NCBI GenBank assembly: GCA_946965045.2
Contig: OX337238.1
Location: 2,232,001 to 2,296,000, forward strand
Direction: 5' to 3'
From: Epithemia pelagica
Taxonomy: Eukaryota; Protista; Bacillariophyta
Length of the DNA stretch: 64,000 bases
A program made the position numbers and the translations under genes. The notes under the pieces are model-generated. The model was not told the origin of the DNA. It saw only the letters and a list, made by a program, of their open reading frames with translations, and did not search any database. Shown here one piece after another: positions 10,857 through 20,771 of the stretch. The first letter of the stretch is position 1. Every line of letters begins with the position of its first letter.

Positions 10857-11777
10857 TTAAAGAATGGCCACCAACGGTGGAACGACGCAAACGGCCACTC
10901 CGGCTGTAATGGCCGTTCCCAGGATGATACCATGCTTGGCATTTTGCATCATCATGCGTCGTCGGACACTGCTGGTTTTCTTTTTAAAGACGGCCGCCAT
11001 GTCATTCAATTGACTACTTTTTTCTTGCATACTGTGCAATTGTTCTTCTCGCTCCATGATTGCGGTAATGTTGGATTGCATCAATTCGGTCGCTCCTTCC
11101 AAACTTTCCGTCAAACGTGCCATTTTGCCCAAATAGGTGACTTCTTGCATGCGTTGCAACAAGATGGAGGCAAAGGTGGCTTGACAGGCCAATGTGCCAC
11201 CGGTTCGCCAGGTGGGATCCCCGGAACGAGGCATGGCAGTCAAACCCACCATTTTTTCCAAAAAGGACTTGACATCCGACAATTGCGTCGCATTGTTGGT
11301 GGATTCCCAAGTGGTGGCTTCCGGATTGTAGACGGCGGCAAAGACCCAAATCAAGGGTTCGTTCTTGTCCTTGTGGGAAGGAGACAAGGCATTGGAAGAA
11401 GAATCCCAGTCGTCCTCGGTCGTGTGTTCATAGACGTGAAACTTGATGCCCTTGAGTTTGGGAGTCCGTTGTGGTGGGGATTGGTCCGTCGTTGATGCTT
11501 TGCCACCACTTTTGCGGCCAAACCAGCCATCGCCATTTTTGAGCGTAAAAAATTCCCAGCCGGGTGTCGGCTTTTTGGACAAGATGCCATGGGCCGTTTG
11601 GGAGACGGCACCGTCAAAGGGATCATCTCCGGCTTCGGCCAAAATGGTCCCATTCCGAGAAATGGACGACCACAAGATTTTGGTGGCATGGGGATCGTTG
11701 GCCGTGACCGAGGAGGAGGACGACGAAGCGGACGACGACGGACTCGCGCCGGGTAGGGACGAAGGAGACGATGCCAT
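10857..11777 (-). CDS. Longin-type R-SNARE (VAMP7/synaptobrevin-like)
   Basis: Longin-like N-terminus (ILWSSISRNGTILAEAG), R-SNARE coil (LMQSNITAIMEREEQLHSMQEKSSQLNDMAAVFKK) and C-terminal TM anchor. ATG at 11777. Confidence 0.85.
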   Translation of the reverse strand: MASSPSSLPGASPSSSASSSSSSVTANDPHATKILWSSISRNGTILAEAGDDPFDGAVSQTAHGILSKKPTPGWEFFTLKNGDGWFGRKSGGKASTTDQSPPQRTPKLKGIKFHVYEHTTEDDWDSSSNALSPSHKDKNEPLIWVFAAVYNPEATTWESTNNATQLSDVKSFLEKMVGLTAMPRSGDPTWRTGGTLACQATFASILLQRMQEVTYLGKMARLTESLEGATELMQSNITAIMEREEQLHSMQEKSSQLNDMAAVFKKKTSSVRRRMMMQNAKHGIILGTAITAGVAVCVVPPLVAIL

Positions 11778-12292
11778 GATTGATTGATAGGAGACCAATG
11801 AAATTGATATGGATCTCAAAGCACAAGTGGATTGCAAAGGCAAGGAAGAGAGAGAGAGAGAGAGTATCAAAGTGGTAGAATGGGAAGCCACAGAACCAGC
11901 GATGAGAAGATGAGTCTGTTGGATAGCTTGCACAATCTACTTGTACTTTTTTGGGGGGTTGAAATGAACCACACGACAAACGACAAGAATCATTAGCGAG
12001 AGCAAGAGCAAGTGTGCTCGCGCACCTTGCTTCGAAAGACCGTTTGATTTGATCGTGGTTTCACATCTATCTTGCGAGAGTGTTGGAATGGCGCGCTCAA
12101 GAAATGTCTGTGTCTGTCTACTTCTGTTTCTCTTGCTTGAGTATAGAGCAGAGTGTACAGAATATTCTTAGTCGCTCTAACAGTCGCTTTTACTGTCGTT
12201 GTTTGGTCTCCGAATCAAGATAATCATATCTTCCATGTCCCCTTCCCAGAAAAATTTTCACTGGAAATCACAAATCACAAACAAATCACCAT

Positions 12293-12671
12293 ATGGAAAC
12301 CCTTCGCACGATGCAACAACATGTTACGGCCAGCTGGAACCATAATCAAGGCCTACTGGCGTTGGGAACGACTGTTTTGGTGGTCGTGGTCGGACATTGG
12401 ATCTGGCAATGGGGGTGGAATCCTCCTCCTCGGTTCCCTCCGATTCGTCCCACAAGAGTCGCTTACTGGACGAACTCAATCCTCTTCCGACCGATTTGAG
12501 GTTGCACGAGAACCAAGACCAACAAACCAAAGTGCAACCAAAGACGGAGGAGGAAAAGGATGGGAAGCAGCAGCATCCGGAGGACCACCCAGCGAACCAA
12601 ACCAGACCACCACCCTCCACGGCAGCCGCCGAAACCACGACCAACACCCGTTCTTCTTCTTCTTTGAGTAC
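12293..12671 (+). pseudogene. Truncated, frameshifted copy of the 5' end of the VHL-PUB gene
   Basis: METLRTMQQHVTASW... near-identical to 16151 onward. A 1-bp deletion (GAATCC vs GAATTCC, near 12418) shifts the frame, and the copy ends at the duplication junction. Confidence 0.88.
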
Positions 12672-13120
12672 AATTGCGTCGCATTATTGGTGGATTCCCA
12701 GGTGGTGGCTTCCGGATTGTAGACGGCGGCAAAGACCCAAATCAAGGGTTCGTTCTTGTCCTTGTTGGTCGGAGACAAGGCATTGGAAGAAGAAGAAGAA
12801 TCCCAGTCGTCCTCGGTCGTGTGTTCGTAGACATGAAACTTGATGCCCTTGAGTTTGGGAGTCCGTTGTTGGTCCGTTGTCGTTGTTGCTTTGCCACCAC
12901 CACTTTTGCGGAGACCGATGAAGTCGATATGGATCTAAAAGCACAAGTGGATTGCAAAGGCAAGGAAGAGAGAGAGAGTATCAAAGTGGTATAGAATGGG
13001 AAGCCAAGCACCAAAGAACCAGCGATGAGAAGAGATGAGTCTGTTGGATAGCTTTCACAATCTACTTTTTTGGGGGGTTGAAATGAATCACACGACAAAC
13101 GACAAGAATCATCAGCGAGA
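12670..13120 (-). pseudogene. Fragment of the VAMP7-like gene plus its 5' flank, with an internal deletion removing the start codon
   Basis: KDKNEPLIWVFAAVYNPEATTWESTNNATQL identical to the intact gene. The equivalent of about 11518-11791 is missing (joined at a GG microhomology near 12910). Confidence 0.88.
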
Positions 13121-13149
13121 CTTCTTTCAAGACGTCGTTTCAGCACTGC

Positions 13150-13785
13150 AAATGAGTCGAATGGAATTGGTCCCCGAATACGCTGTAGATCGGGATGGCG
13201 ATTCTCAACTGCGAGGAGGCATCGGGCTTCGCGAGCACCGAAACCAAGCAGAGTGAGCTACTAGCACCGTCATCCCCGTTGGAGGCAGCAGAGGTAGAGT
13301 TCCTCGTCGCGGCGTTAGCCAGATCCGGTGGATTGGTATTCACCCGAAAGTTACCATTCGGTGATAAGGAGGATGCGGCATGCTTCCCCACCGGTGACTT
13401 TTCTTTTTCGCCGTCCAGGTCTCGGTGATTAGTCTTCTCGCGAAAGACCGATGTCTGGGGTATTTCTCCCACTGAACGGAGTCATCGTCAAACCAGCCTT
13501 TCCTGGGGTTCGGCACAATCCCAAGCGTACCGATCGGAGGACACTTTGTACCGGTTTGTTTTGAGTGCCAAGGATCCAGGCGTCGGATACTGGATTGACA
13601 CGGTTGGTTTGACCCAAGGATTGATTTCCTTGTGTTTGCAAGGAAAAGAAGAGGAACCATCGGCAGAGGAACTCGAATACCCCAAGATCGAAGTTGTCAC
13701 CTTACTTTGGCAAGAACGATCGCAGAACGCAGTTGCGGACCCGTCAAGTTCATGCCCAGCGTCGTTACATCAACTGGTAGGCTAG
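13150..13785 (+). pseudogene. Decayed DUF1214-like (bacterial-type) gene fragment
   Basis: HRQTSL...YRFVLSAKDPGVGYWIDTVGLTQGLISL resembles the DUF1214 pattern RQTSLN...RFVVS..DPG..NWLDT.G..G. Upstream frames are broken by a stop (13426-13428) and frameshifts. Recognised by eye only. Confidence 0.45.
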
Positions 13786-14091
13786 GAAGGTGTAGACTTC
13801 GAGCTTTCCAACTTACGCGGCCTTCTGATGTTCCATTCCTACTACACAGTACGTCTTCCACTATCGTATTGCTGTCTCTTGTACTATGTACCAGAGGAAT
13901 GATCACAAAGGTTACCCGTTTTCCAAAAAACATAAGTTCTCACGTCTTTGCGGAAGAGTCAGAACGCGTCGCCATTTAGCATTCGTCGAACTCTCAAACA
14001 ATATTAGCCGCACCTCTACATTTGAACGATGCTAGCAGTATTACGAACCAAACAAGCCGTTTGCAGAATGTAACCCTCATGACGGTTTGGT

Positions 14092-15774
14092 CTACTCCAT
14101 CAGCTGGATTGTCGTCGGTTGAGGAGACAGCCGCATATAGCATTGGCAGGATCGGCAGTCGTCCGCAAACACTAAGGAGCACCGATCAGCAGCCAGATTC
14201 GGACGTCCTCCATTTACACGGCAGTCGACGACAAGCCATTCGTCGGCTTCGACATTCTGGTACTTCCCAATGATCCGCCTCAAATGTTCACCAATTCCAT
14301 CTCCGTCACGAACCAATTCCAGTCCCCACTTAGCGCCATGCCTGATGTAGAAATCGAGTTCTCCTGTTTTCATTTTACCCTGCATCAAGGCCTCTGTGCC
14401 GTACTCTGGAACAATGCGATATGACGGAGGAAGCAGAGAGGCAATAGATTCATGAAACAGCTGCTGAAAGACGGCTTCCTTTGGAGTCTGCAGGACACCC
14501 ATTTTGTTTACTTGACGCGCCACTCGGAGACGTCTTGCAGACAGTCTCGCGGCAGCCTTTGTGACCAATTCAGCCAGACTCCCCGGTGGTTCAGAGCTAA
14601 AACTTGCCCGTGGGTATACCATTGAGTAGTAAAAGCTGGCCGCAGCAGGGCATGTGAATCGGTTGCTTTTTGACAAGATTCCTGCCTTCTTCAGCTTGCT
14701 GACGGCATCGTTATCACGACGAGAAGAGGTGAAACCTTCGCCAACATCAACTTTATAGGCATCAACAATGGAATCAAGGATTTGGAAATGGGATTCGGTG
14801 TCGACTGTTTTCAAGGGGAAACAACGTTCAAGAGACTCCAAAAATGCCGCACCTTCGTGAAGTTCCTTCACCGCCATCTCTTCGCTGAGGATCTCCTCGG
14901 ATGGGATGTCCACTGAAAAGCTTTTGTAACCAATGATATCCATCCCAATGGCGAAAGCAGCTGCATTTCCATTCGTCAGGCGGAATAGATCTGATTCGTA
15001 TGTACGCCAGCTTGGGTAAACAAACCTGATCTCGAATAGCTCTTTTGCCTCGTCTTTGGTCAACAGCAAGTCTTCAACTTCAATGCGAGGTTGGCTTCGC
15101 AAAGCAATGGGTGAGTCATCTTCGTTCGTCAAAAAGTATGTTGCTGAAACCACAACGATCACATTGGCACACCAGTCACTCCCGTTTCTCCTCTTCCTGC
15201 GAAATGAACGAAGAGAATCCGCACTTGTTGTCGTCGTCGTCTTCTTCCCAAAACCAATGGAATTGCGGGTTTTCACAACGTCTTGCCAGAATTCGTGGAA
15301 TTTCTGTCCGTAGAGCTTCTGTGCATCGTCAAAAAGAAGCCAAACCTCGGAGTACGACTGAAGATTCGCACTAAGCGTCTTTTCCTCGTAGCTAACTCCG
15401 ATTCTGTCTCGTACGTAGTCAAACAAGTCAAAGTTCGGTCTACTCGGTCGTGATGGACGGACAATTTCCGCGTGGACGTTGTCCCTGTCATTCTGATGAA
15501 GACTTTGAATCATCAATTGAATCAAACTTGTTTTGCCACTGCCAGGGGGCGACGAAACAACCAAAATTCCAGCCTGTCGAGCCTGGTTGATCGCTTTCTG
15601 CACGAGGTCTTCTCGCTTGAGGTAGGAATCTGGATCTTCTAATTTGATTCCATCCAGTACACCACCTCTTCGACGTCTAACGGCTGTGGCTTCCAGAGAT
15701 TCTTCCGACTTCGACTGCTGTATATTCAACACCTCTTCACCATCATCTGTTTTGCCGTCGCTTTCGTCGGCCAT
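14092..15774 (-). CDS. Crinkler-type protein: P-loop NTPase + C-terminal restriction-endonuclease-fold (PD-(D/E)xK) domain
   Basis: Intact intronless 560-aa ORF from ATG 15774. Walker A SPPGSGKTS, Walker B WLLFDDAQ. REase motifs KEAVFQQLF, GELDFYI, KWGLELVRDG.IGEH...GKY, WLVVDCR. Confidence 0.85.
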   Translation of the reverse strand: MADESDGKTDDGEEVLNIQQSKSEESLEATAVRRRRGGVLDGIKLEDPDSYLKREDLVQKAINQARQAGILVVSSPPGSGKTSLIQLMIQSLHQNDRDNVHAEIVRPSRPSRPNFDLFDYVRDRIGVSYEEKTLSANLQSYSEVWLLFDDAQKLYGQKFHEFWQDVVKTRNSIGFGKKTTTTTSADSLRSFRRKRRNGSDWCANVIVVVSATYFLTNEDDSPIALRSQPRIEVEDLLLTKDEAKELFEIRFVYPSWRTYESDLFRLTNGNAAAFAIGMDIIGYKSFSVDIPSEEILSEEMAVKELHEGAAFLESLERCFPLKTVDTESHFQILDSIVDAYKVDVGEGFTSSRRDNDAVSKLKKAGILSKSNRFTCPAAASFYYSMVYPRASFSSEPPGSLAELVTKAAARLSARRLRVARQVNKMGVLQTPKEAVFQQLFHESIASLLPPSYRIVPEYGTEALMQGKMKTGELDFYIRHGAKWGLELVRDGDGIGEHLRRIIGKYQNVEADEWLVVDCRVNGGRPNLAADRCSLVFADDCRSCQCYMRLSPQPTTIQLME

Positions 15775-15948
15775 GGTGCCGGTGTCCTTCTGTCGATCGT
15801 GGCAGTGACGGTCTTTCGCCGAGGTGTGTTGCCCTTCTTCCAGTGTCAAACAGAGCGGGTCATGATTTTTCGATCGAGCTTTAGATCTTAACAGTAAAAC
15901 AGTAATCGCTGTCGGGATGGGGCGGCTGAGTTCAATGATAACCCAAAG

Positions 15949-15974
15949 CCCCCCTACCCCCTAACCCCTAACCC
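15949..15974. repeat. Short telomere-like C-rich repeat / G-quadruplex motif (CCCCCCTA CCCCCTAA CCCCTAA CCC)
   Basis: Degenerate (C)nTAA repeats directly at the right junction of the insert. The minus strand reads GGGTTAGGGGTTAGGGGGTAGGGGGG. Confidence 0.6.
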
Positions 15975-16150
15975 ATTGTCTATGTTTGTCTATCTTGCTT
16001 GAGTATGGTGCAGAGAGTACAGAATATTCTTAGTCGCTCTAACAGTCGCTTTTACTGTCGTTCTTGGGTTTGGGTGACTTTTGTGACTCTTGTGACCGAA
16101 ATCAAAGTCTGCGATATATTTTTTCTGGAAATCACCACCACACCACCACC

Positions 16151-17788
16151 ATGGAAACCCTTCGCACGATGCAACAACATGTTACGGCCAGCTGGAACCA
16201 AAATCAAGGCCTACTGGCGTTGGGAACGACTGTTTTGGTGGTCGTGGTCGGACATTGGATCTGGCAATGGTGGTGGAATTCCTCCTCCTCGGTTCCCTCT
16301 GGTTCGTCCCACCAGAGTCGTTTGCTGGACGAACTCAATCCTCTTCCGACCGATTTGAGGTTGCACGAGAACCAAGACCACACCAAAGTGCAACGAAAGA
16401 CCGAGGAGCAAAAGGATGGGAATCAGCAGCATCCGGAGCACCATCAAGCGAACCAAACCAGGCCACCATCCTCCACGACGGCCGCCGAAACCACCACCAA
16501 TACCCGTTCTTCTTCTTCTTCTTCTTCTTCTTCTTCTTTGACTACTCGATCCACGAAACCACAACAGGCCAACGCACACGGCAAGAAGAAGAAGAAGAAT
16601 GATTCTACCAGAGAACAAAACCCCTCTACGACTGTCATGGACCCTCGACGCAACGAACCTTCGTCCTCACACCACAACAACAGCAACAGCAACAACGCCA
16701 TTGTCTTTGCCAACCAATCACACCATCATCCCGGTTTGGCGGGCTTTTGGTATTGGTGCGATGTCGAATCCAGTTTGTATCGCATTTACAATTTGGGTCG
16801 CACCGATGGTCATGACGTGATTCCTCCCTATATTCCCAAATCGCGAGCCGGATGCGTCCAAGTCCACCTCCAAGTCACCAATCGATCCAATCTCCCCGTC
16901 AACGTGTATTGGACCAATTATCGCGGCGACGAAGTGTACAAGGGTCACTTGACGGCTCAGGGCGGCGTGTGGCATCAATATTCCTGGATTGAACATCCCT
17001 GGGTCTTTCGACATGCCCAAGACGGTCAGGTCTTGTTGCATTACATTCCCGATCGCATTTTGCCCGCCACCGCCTTGGATCACACTGTACCAACCCAACA
17101 CGAACAGGATGGATCAGGGTTTGACCGAGCGGCGTCGCAAACGGGCATTCATCAATTTGCCATTTGCAATCCTCCGGCAACGATTCCGAAACCACCTCGC
17201 ACCGACGGCGGCAACAGCATCCACAACCACAGCATCAACCCTTGGAGTACCGAAACGACCATTCCCAATCCCTTTTGCATTGCCCTGGACGATCCTATTT
17301 TGCCTTTTCCCGCGCAACATACGATTGGTTCGTCCATTGAAGACGCTGTGGCCTGGACGATTCGACACATGTTACGGGTGGCGCAACAATCGTCGTCACA
17401 GGTCATGGTTGTGAATTGGGACTTGATTTTCCAGTATTTGGACAAGATTGTCCAGCATCCGACACAAGCCCAGTATCGTCGTATCCGATTGGCCAATCCC
17501 ACCTTTTCCTCCCACATTTGGAATACACCGGCTCGAGGATTGTTTTTGGCCGCTGGCTTTGTCGAACAAGGCAGTCATGCCGAATTGGGAACGAATGGAA
17601 CCGACTTTCCCACCTCGTGCGTCACGGAATTGTCCCAAACGATCCAATGGATACGACACTGGAAGGATCAATGGCCGACGCTCTTGCAGTACCAAAACGA
17701 CGTCATTCAACCCGACGGAGCTGAAAGTGGCACGGGACGGGCCGGATTTGGAGTCGCAGGATCCAATGCCTTTCGACAGAATCAGTAA
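16151..17788 (+). CDS. N-terminally membrane-anchored protein with VHL beta-like domain and C-terminal PUB domain
   Basis: Hydrophobic anchor LLALGTTVLVVVVGHWIW. VHL-like VHLQVTNRSNLPVNVYWTNYRGDEVYKGHL...YSWIEHPWVFR. PUB-like LIFQYLDKIVQHPTQAQYRRIRLANPTF...LFLAAGF. Confidence 0.8.
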   Translation: METLRTMQQHVTASWNQNQGLLALGTTVLVVVVGHWIWQWWWNSSSSVPSGSSHQSRLLDELNPLPTDLRLHENQDHTKVQRKTEEQKDGNQQHPEHHQANQTRPPSSTTAAETTTNTRSSSSSSSSSSLTTRSTKPQQANAHGKKKKKNDSTREQNPSTTVMDPRRNEPSSSHHNNSNSNNAIVFANQSHHHPGLAGFWYWCDVESSLYRIYNLGRTDGHDVIPPYIPKSRAGCVQVHLQVTNRSNLPVNVYWTNYRGDEVYKGHLTAQGGVWHQYSWIEHPWVFRHAQDGQVLLHYIPDRILPATALDHTVPTQHEQDGSGFDRAASQTGIHQFAICNPPATIPKPPRTDGGNSIHNHSINPWSTETTIPNPFCIALDDPILPFPAQHTIGSSIEDAVAWTIRHMLRVAQQSSSQVMVVNWDLIFQYLDKIVQHPTQAQYRRIRLANPTFSSHIWNTPARGLFLAAGFVEQGSHAELGTNGTDFPTSCVTELSQTIQWIRHWKDQWPTLLQYQNDVIQPDGAESGTGRAGFGVAGSNAFRQNQ

Positions 17789-18389
17789 CAACAAAGAACC
17801 ATTCCCTTTGGCACCATCGAGATTCAGTTGGACAAATCCAGTTTGGGACCCAATCGTCCCCTCCAAAGTCTCTGCAATTGACTATCCGATCCAAGAAAGT
17901 CCCTGCTGAGGCATCCAATGGTGATACAGGGAAGGATCCTTCACCTTCCCCTCCTGTTACAACAACAGTCGCGGCACCGACCGTCTGACAAAAGCTCCTC
18001 CGACAGCAGCTCCACCTATGAAAGCTCCACGCAAAGATCCTCATCCTGCGTCGGCTTCTACCAACCCGAACCAACAATACCCTATAACCTCATCAAAGGG
18101 GGTTCATATCTATCTGGTGAGCATTCTCCATCTGGTTCACTAATCCTCATGACTCACCCCCGCTGGGGGGTACAGCGAAGGTCGAAGAGGAGGCAACCCA
18201 AAACCCAACCCCCGAAAAACCAGGCGCCCCAAAACCAAACCAATCAAACCTATACAAGAAAACCTAGAAACGGTAGAAACGGACCCGTGGACGGCACAAA
18301 ATTAGAACACGCTGGACGAGGAGGCAATTGCGGTCTCCAGGATGCATCACGTACACGAAATACAAAGCGCAACCACAACAGGTGCCACA

Positions 18390-20771
18390 ATGGATATGGA
18401 TAACTCATTTGCTCAGTGGATACGCGGGGACGAGCGTGTAAACGATGCAGAGGCGAAGGCGGTACTGGATGTGCTGCAATAGAGAAGCGGACCAGGAATA
18501 TTGAAGCTTAGTACGGCGAGGGATGCCTTGTTTGATGCCTTCAAAAGAAGACTCCTCAAGGATGATAATGATGTTGATGATACTGACGTGTCTGCGCTAG
18601 TATCCTTTGTTATCGAATCTCGCGATCAGTTCACCACTATTGACCAGTTTGAGAGAGGGAATATCTACAAGACCGCCAAGCTCCACAAGGAGCTTCTCCT
18701 CAGCAACAACTTGTCGGATTACGTGCAAGCCGCAGAGAATAGCTATGAGAATGCCAAGCCTTTCCTCGACTATCTATTGGAACTCCAGATGCATGATACG
18801 GATGGATTGGAGCCGGATGATAAAGTTTCTGAACCGAATCACTACGTATGCATCACAGCATCTTCTGGAACCGGGAAAACGCAGCTGGTGGCAACCGCGA
18901 GTCTCAAATACGAAGCGGCGACAACCATATACTTGAATTTTTCTCTTGAAGGCTCTAATCAACGGTTCTACAAACCTCACACGTCCAATCAATCAGGGGA
19001 ACTTTTAGTGAAGTTGATTGAAAAGTTCGCAGGGGAAGTTCGTGGCAGTTTGATCCCGGAAGAGGACAAAGACAAAGAACAGGAATGTGTGACAGCCCAT
19101 AATATTGGTCATTGGGCCAAGCATCATGACAATGGCACGTCCCTCTTCGTCCGCATCTTGCATGGCCTTCTGCTTAGCGATGAAGATCCCAACGTTTCGT
19201 CCCGGCTCTGCCACGGAAAAAAATTTTACCTCCAGGCGCTGAAAGCGGTGATCCAAGCAAAGAAAACTAAGTTCCTGGTGTTTCTTGATGAAGTGCCTCA
19301 AAAGACATCTGCTTATTTCAGTAATGTGCTGTGTCTGAGAGATGCACTCCGATACCTGGGCATTGCCCCTATCCTGATGAGTACCCAAATTGGATCTCAA
19401 GACTATGTGAGCGACAGCTCACGAGACTCGCTTGATGTCTGGACCGATGTCTTGTCAAGACTTCCTCCCTATGCACCCTTGCCTACAGGGTCATCGATTA
19501 GACCGTACATTGTTGAGTCGGAGCGTCCCCTCGTCCTTGCTAAGGTGTTGGAGCTGATAAACAGTGATGAGGGTGTCTCGTTGCGAGGAATTGTCGATGG
19601 AGTACGAAGTACGCTTCAGGAGACAAAGGGCGTTGCGTGGAAGTCAAACCCATCTCTTCAACTTGTGCAGCTTTTTGGTACGGATTTCGAAATTGACCAG
19701 GAGACATTCAGTTCGGCTCACAATCTTGTCGGCCATCACTTTGGATGTCTGCAACACCAAGTGAAGTTTGATCCGGAGAATCTTGGGGTCGAATACAAAT
19801 GTTCTGAGGCGAGATCGTTTGGCAAAACAGTTGCTGTGGCGCCCGTTAGCGCCACGTACGAGCCCCTACTCTACCTTGCTTTGGTGACATGGGACGAATC
19901 CATGCTGCCAGGTGCGAAAAATAGGTACTTCCCTTTGGTTGACAAGAAAGGCCACGCTCTAACTGTGAGGGAAGTCTTTGAAACCTACAAGCATGAATTC
20001 AAGCCCAGAGAAAATGCTGCAAATGTGCACGCTATAAAGAAGGATGGCGATTTGTTGGAAGTTCTCGTCCAGGCCTCTTTCACTTTGGCATCGATGAAAA
20101 TGAGCAATGATGACGGATGCTCTCTCCCCGGTGTTGCCCCTCTTGTTCGCCGGTTGATGATGAGAGGAAAGCTGAATGCCCTTCCGCAGACCCCTCCGTT
20201 ATTCGAGTCTATGATCAAAGGGTTTGATTGGCCCACGATGCCGGCACTTGGTGGCTCTAATTCTGGGTTGCCATCAGATAAACTCGGCAAGGACGCTTAT
20301 ACAGGCTTCCTCAAAAGACGTCCGGACAAAGAAATGGTCGATGGTTTCATTATTGAGGGCGGTGAAGCCCCTCTGTTCAGTATTGAATGCAAAAACTACA
20401 AAGATGGAGTTGACGCAACAATTTTGAAAGAAGTCTTCGTGAGGATCCCGTCGAGCGTGAAGTGCAGCTTTGTGTTTGTGTCCAGCATGAAGCGAGAGAC
20501 GTTCCAAATGACAAAGTTGGCTGACTTGAAGAAGTCTTTCATCAACCATAAGAACAAAGGCATCAGTGTCGTGAGATGGGAAGAGAACAAAGACCCATAC
20601 GTTTTGAAGGTGAAGGGCGGGGCTGAGTTCAAAGCTACTCAAACAGAGTTGCTCGTCCTCATCATCGAGGTTGGTACTATTGATGCCGGTGAGTTAGACC
20701 GAAGCAAGAAGCGTAATTCACCGCCCTGTTCAAACTTTCCGATGGGGACAAAACGTCATAAGAGTGGGTAA
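18390..20771 (+). pseudogene. Second Crinkler-type NTPase + PD-(D/E)xK nuclease gene, with a single in-frame TAG at codon 31
   Basis: ATG 18390 gives MDMDNSFAQW...LDVLQ, then TAG 18480-18482, then an open frame to 20771. Walker A ASSGTGKTQ, Walker B FLVFLDEVP, REase GDLLE...PDKEMVDGF...FSIECKNY. Confidence 0.75.

Larger units (their letters stand above)
11279..16545. repeat. Tandem segmental duplication of the head-to-head VAMP 5' / spacer / VHL-PUB 5' unit (copy 1: 11279-12671; copy 2: 12670-16545 including a ~2.85-kb insert)
   Basis: 11279-11517 matches 12670-12911. 11791-12002 matches 12912-13120. About 12105-12671 matches about 15975-16545. Confidence 0.93.

Noticed and set aside
11848-16537. 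(GA)n, (TTC)n and similar microsatellites
   Set aside because: Ordinary simple repeats; their length differences between the duplicate copies only reflect slippage.
17918-18403. 161-aa ORF upstream of the second NTPase-nuclease
   Set aside because: Low-complexity, no motifs and a different frame; probably upstream non-coding DNA. No TIR or LTR found around 17.8-21.4 kb.
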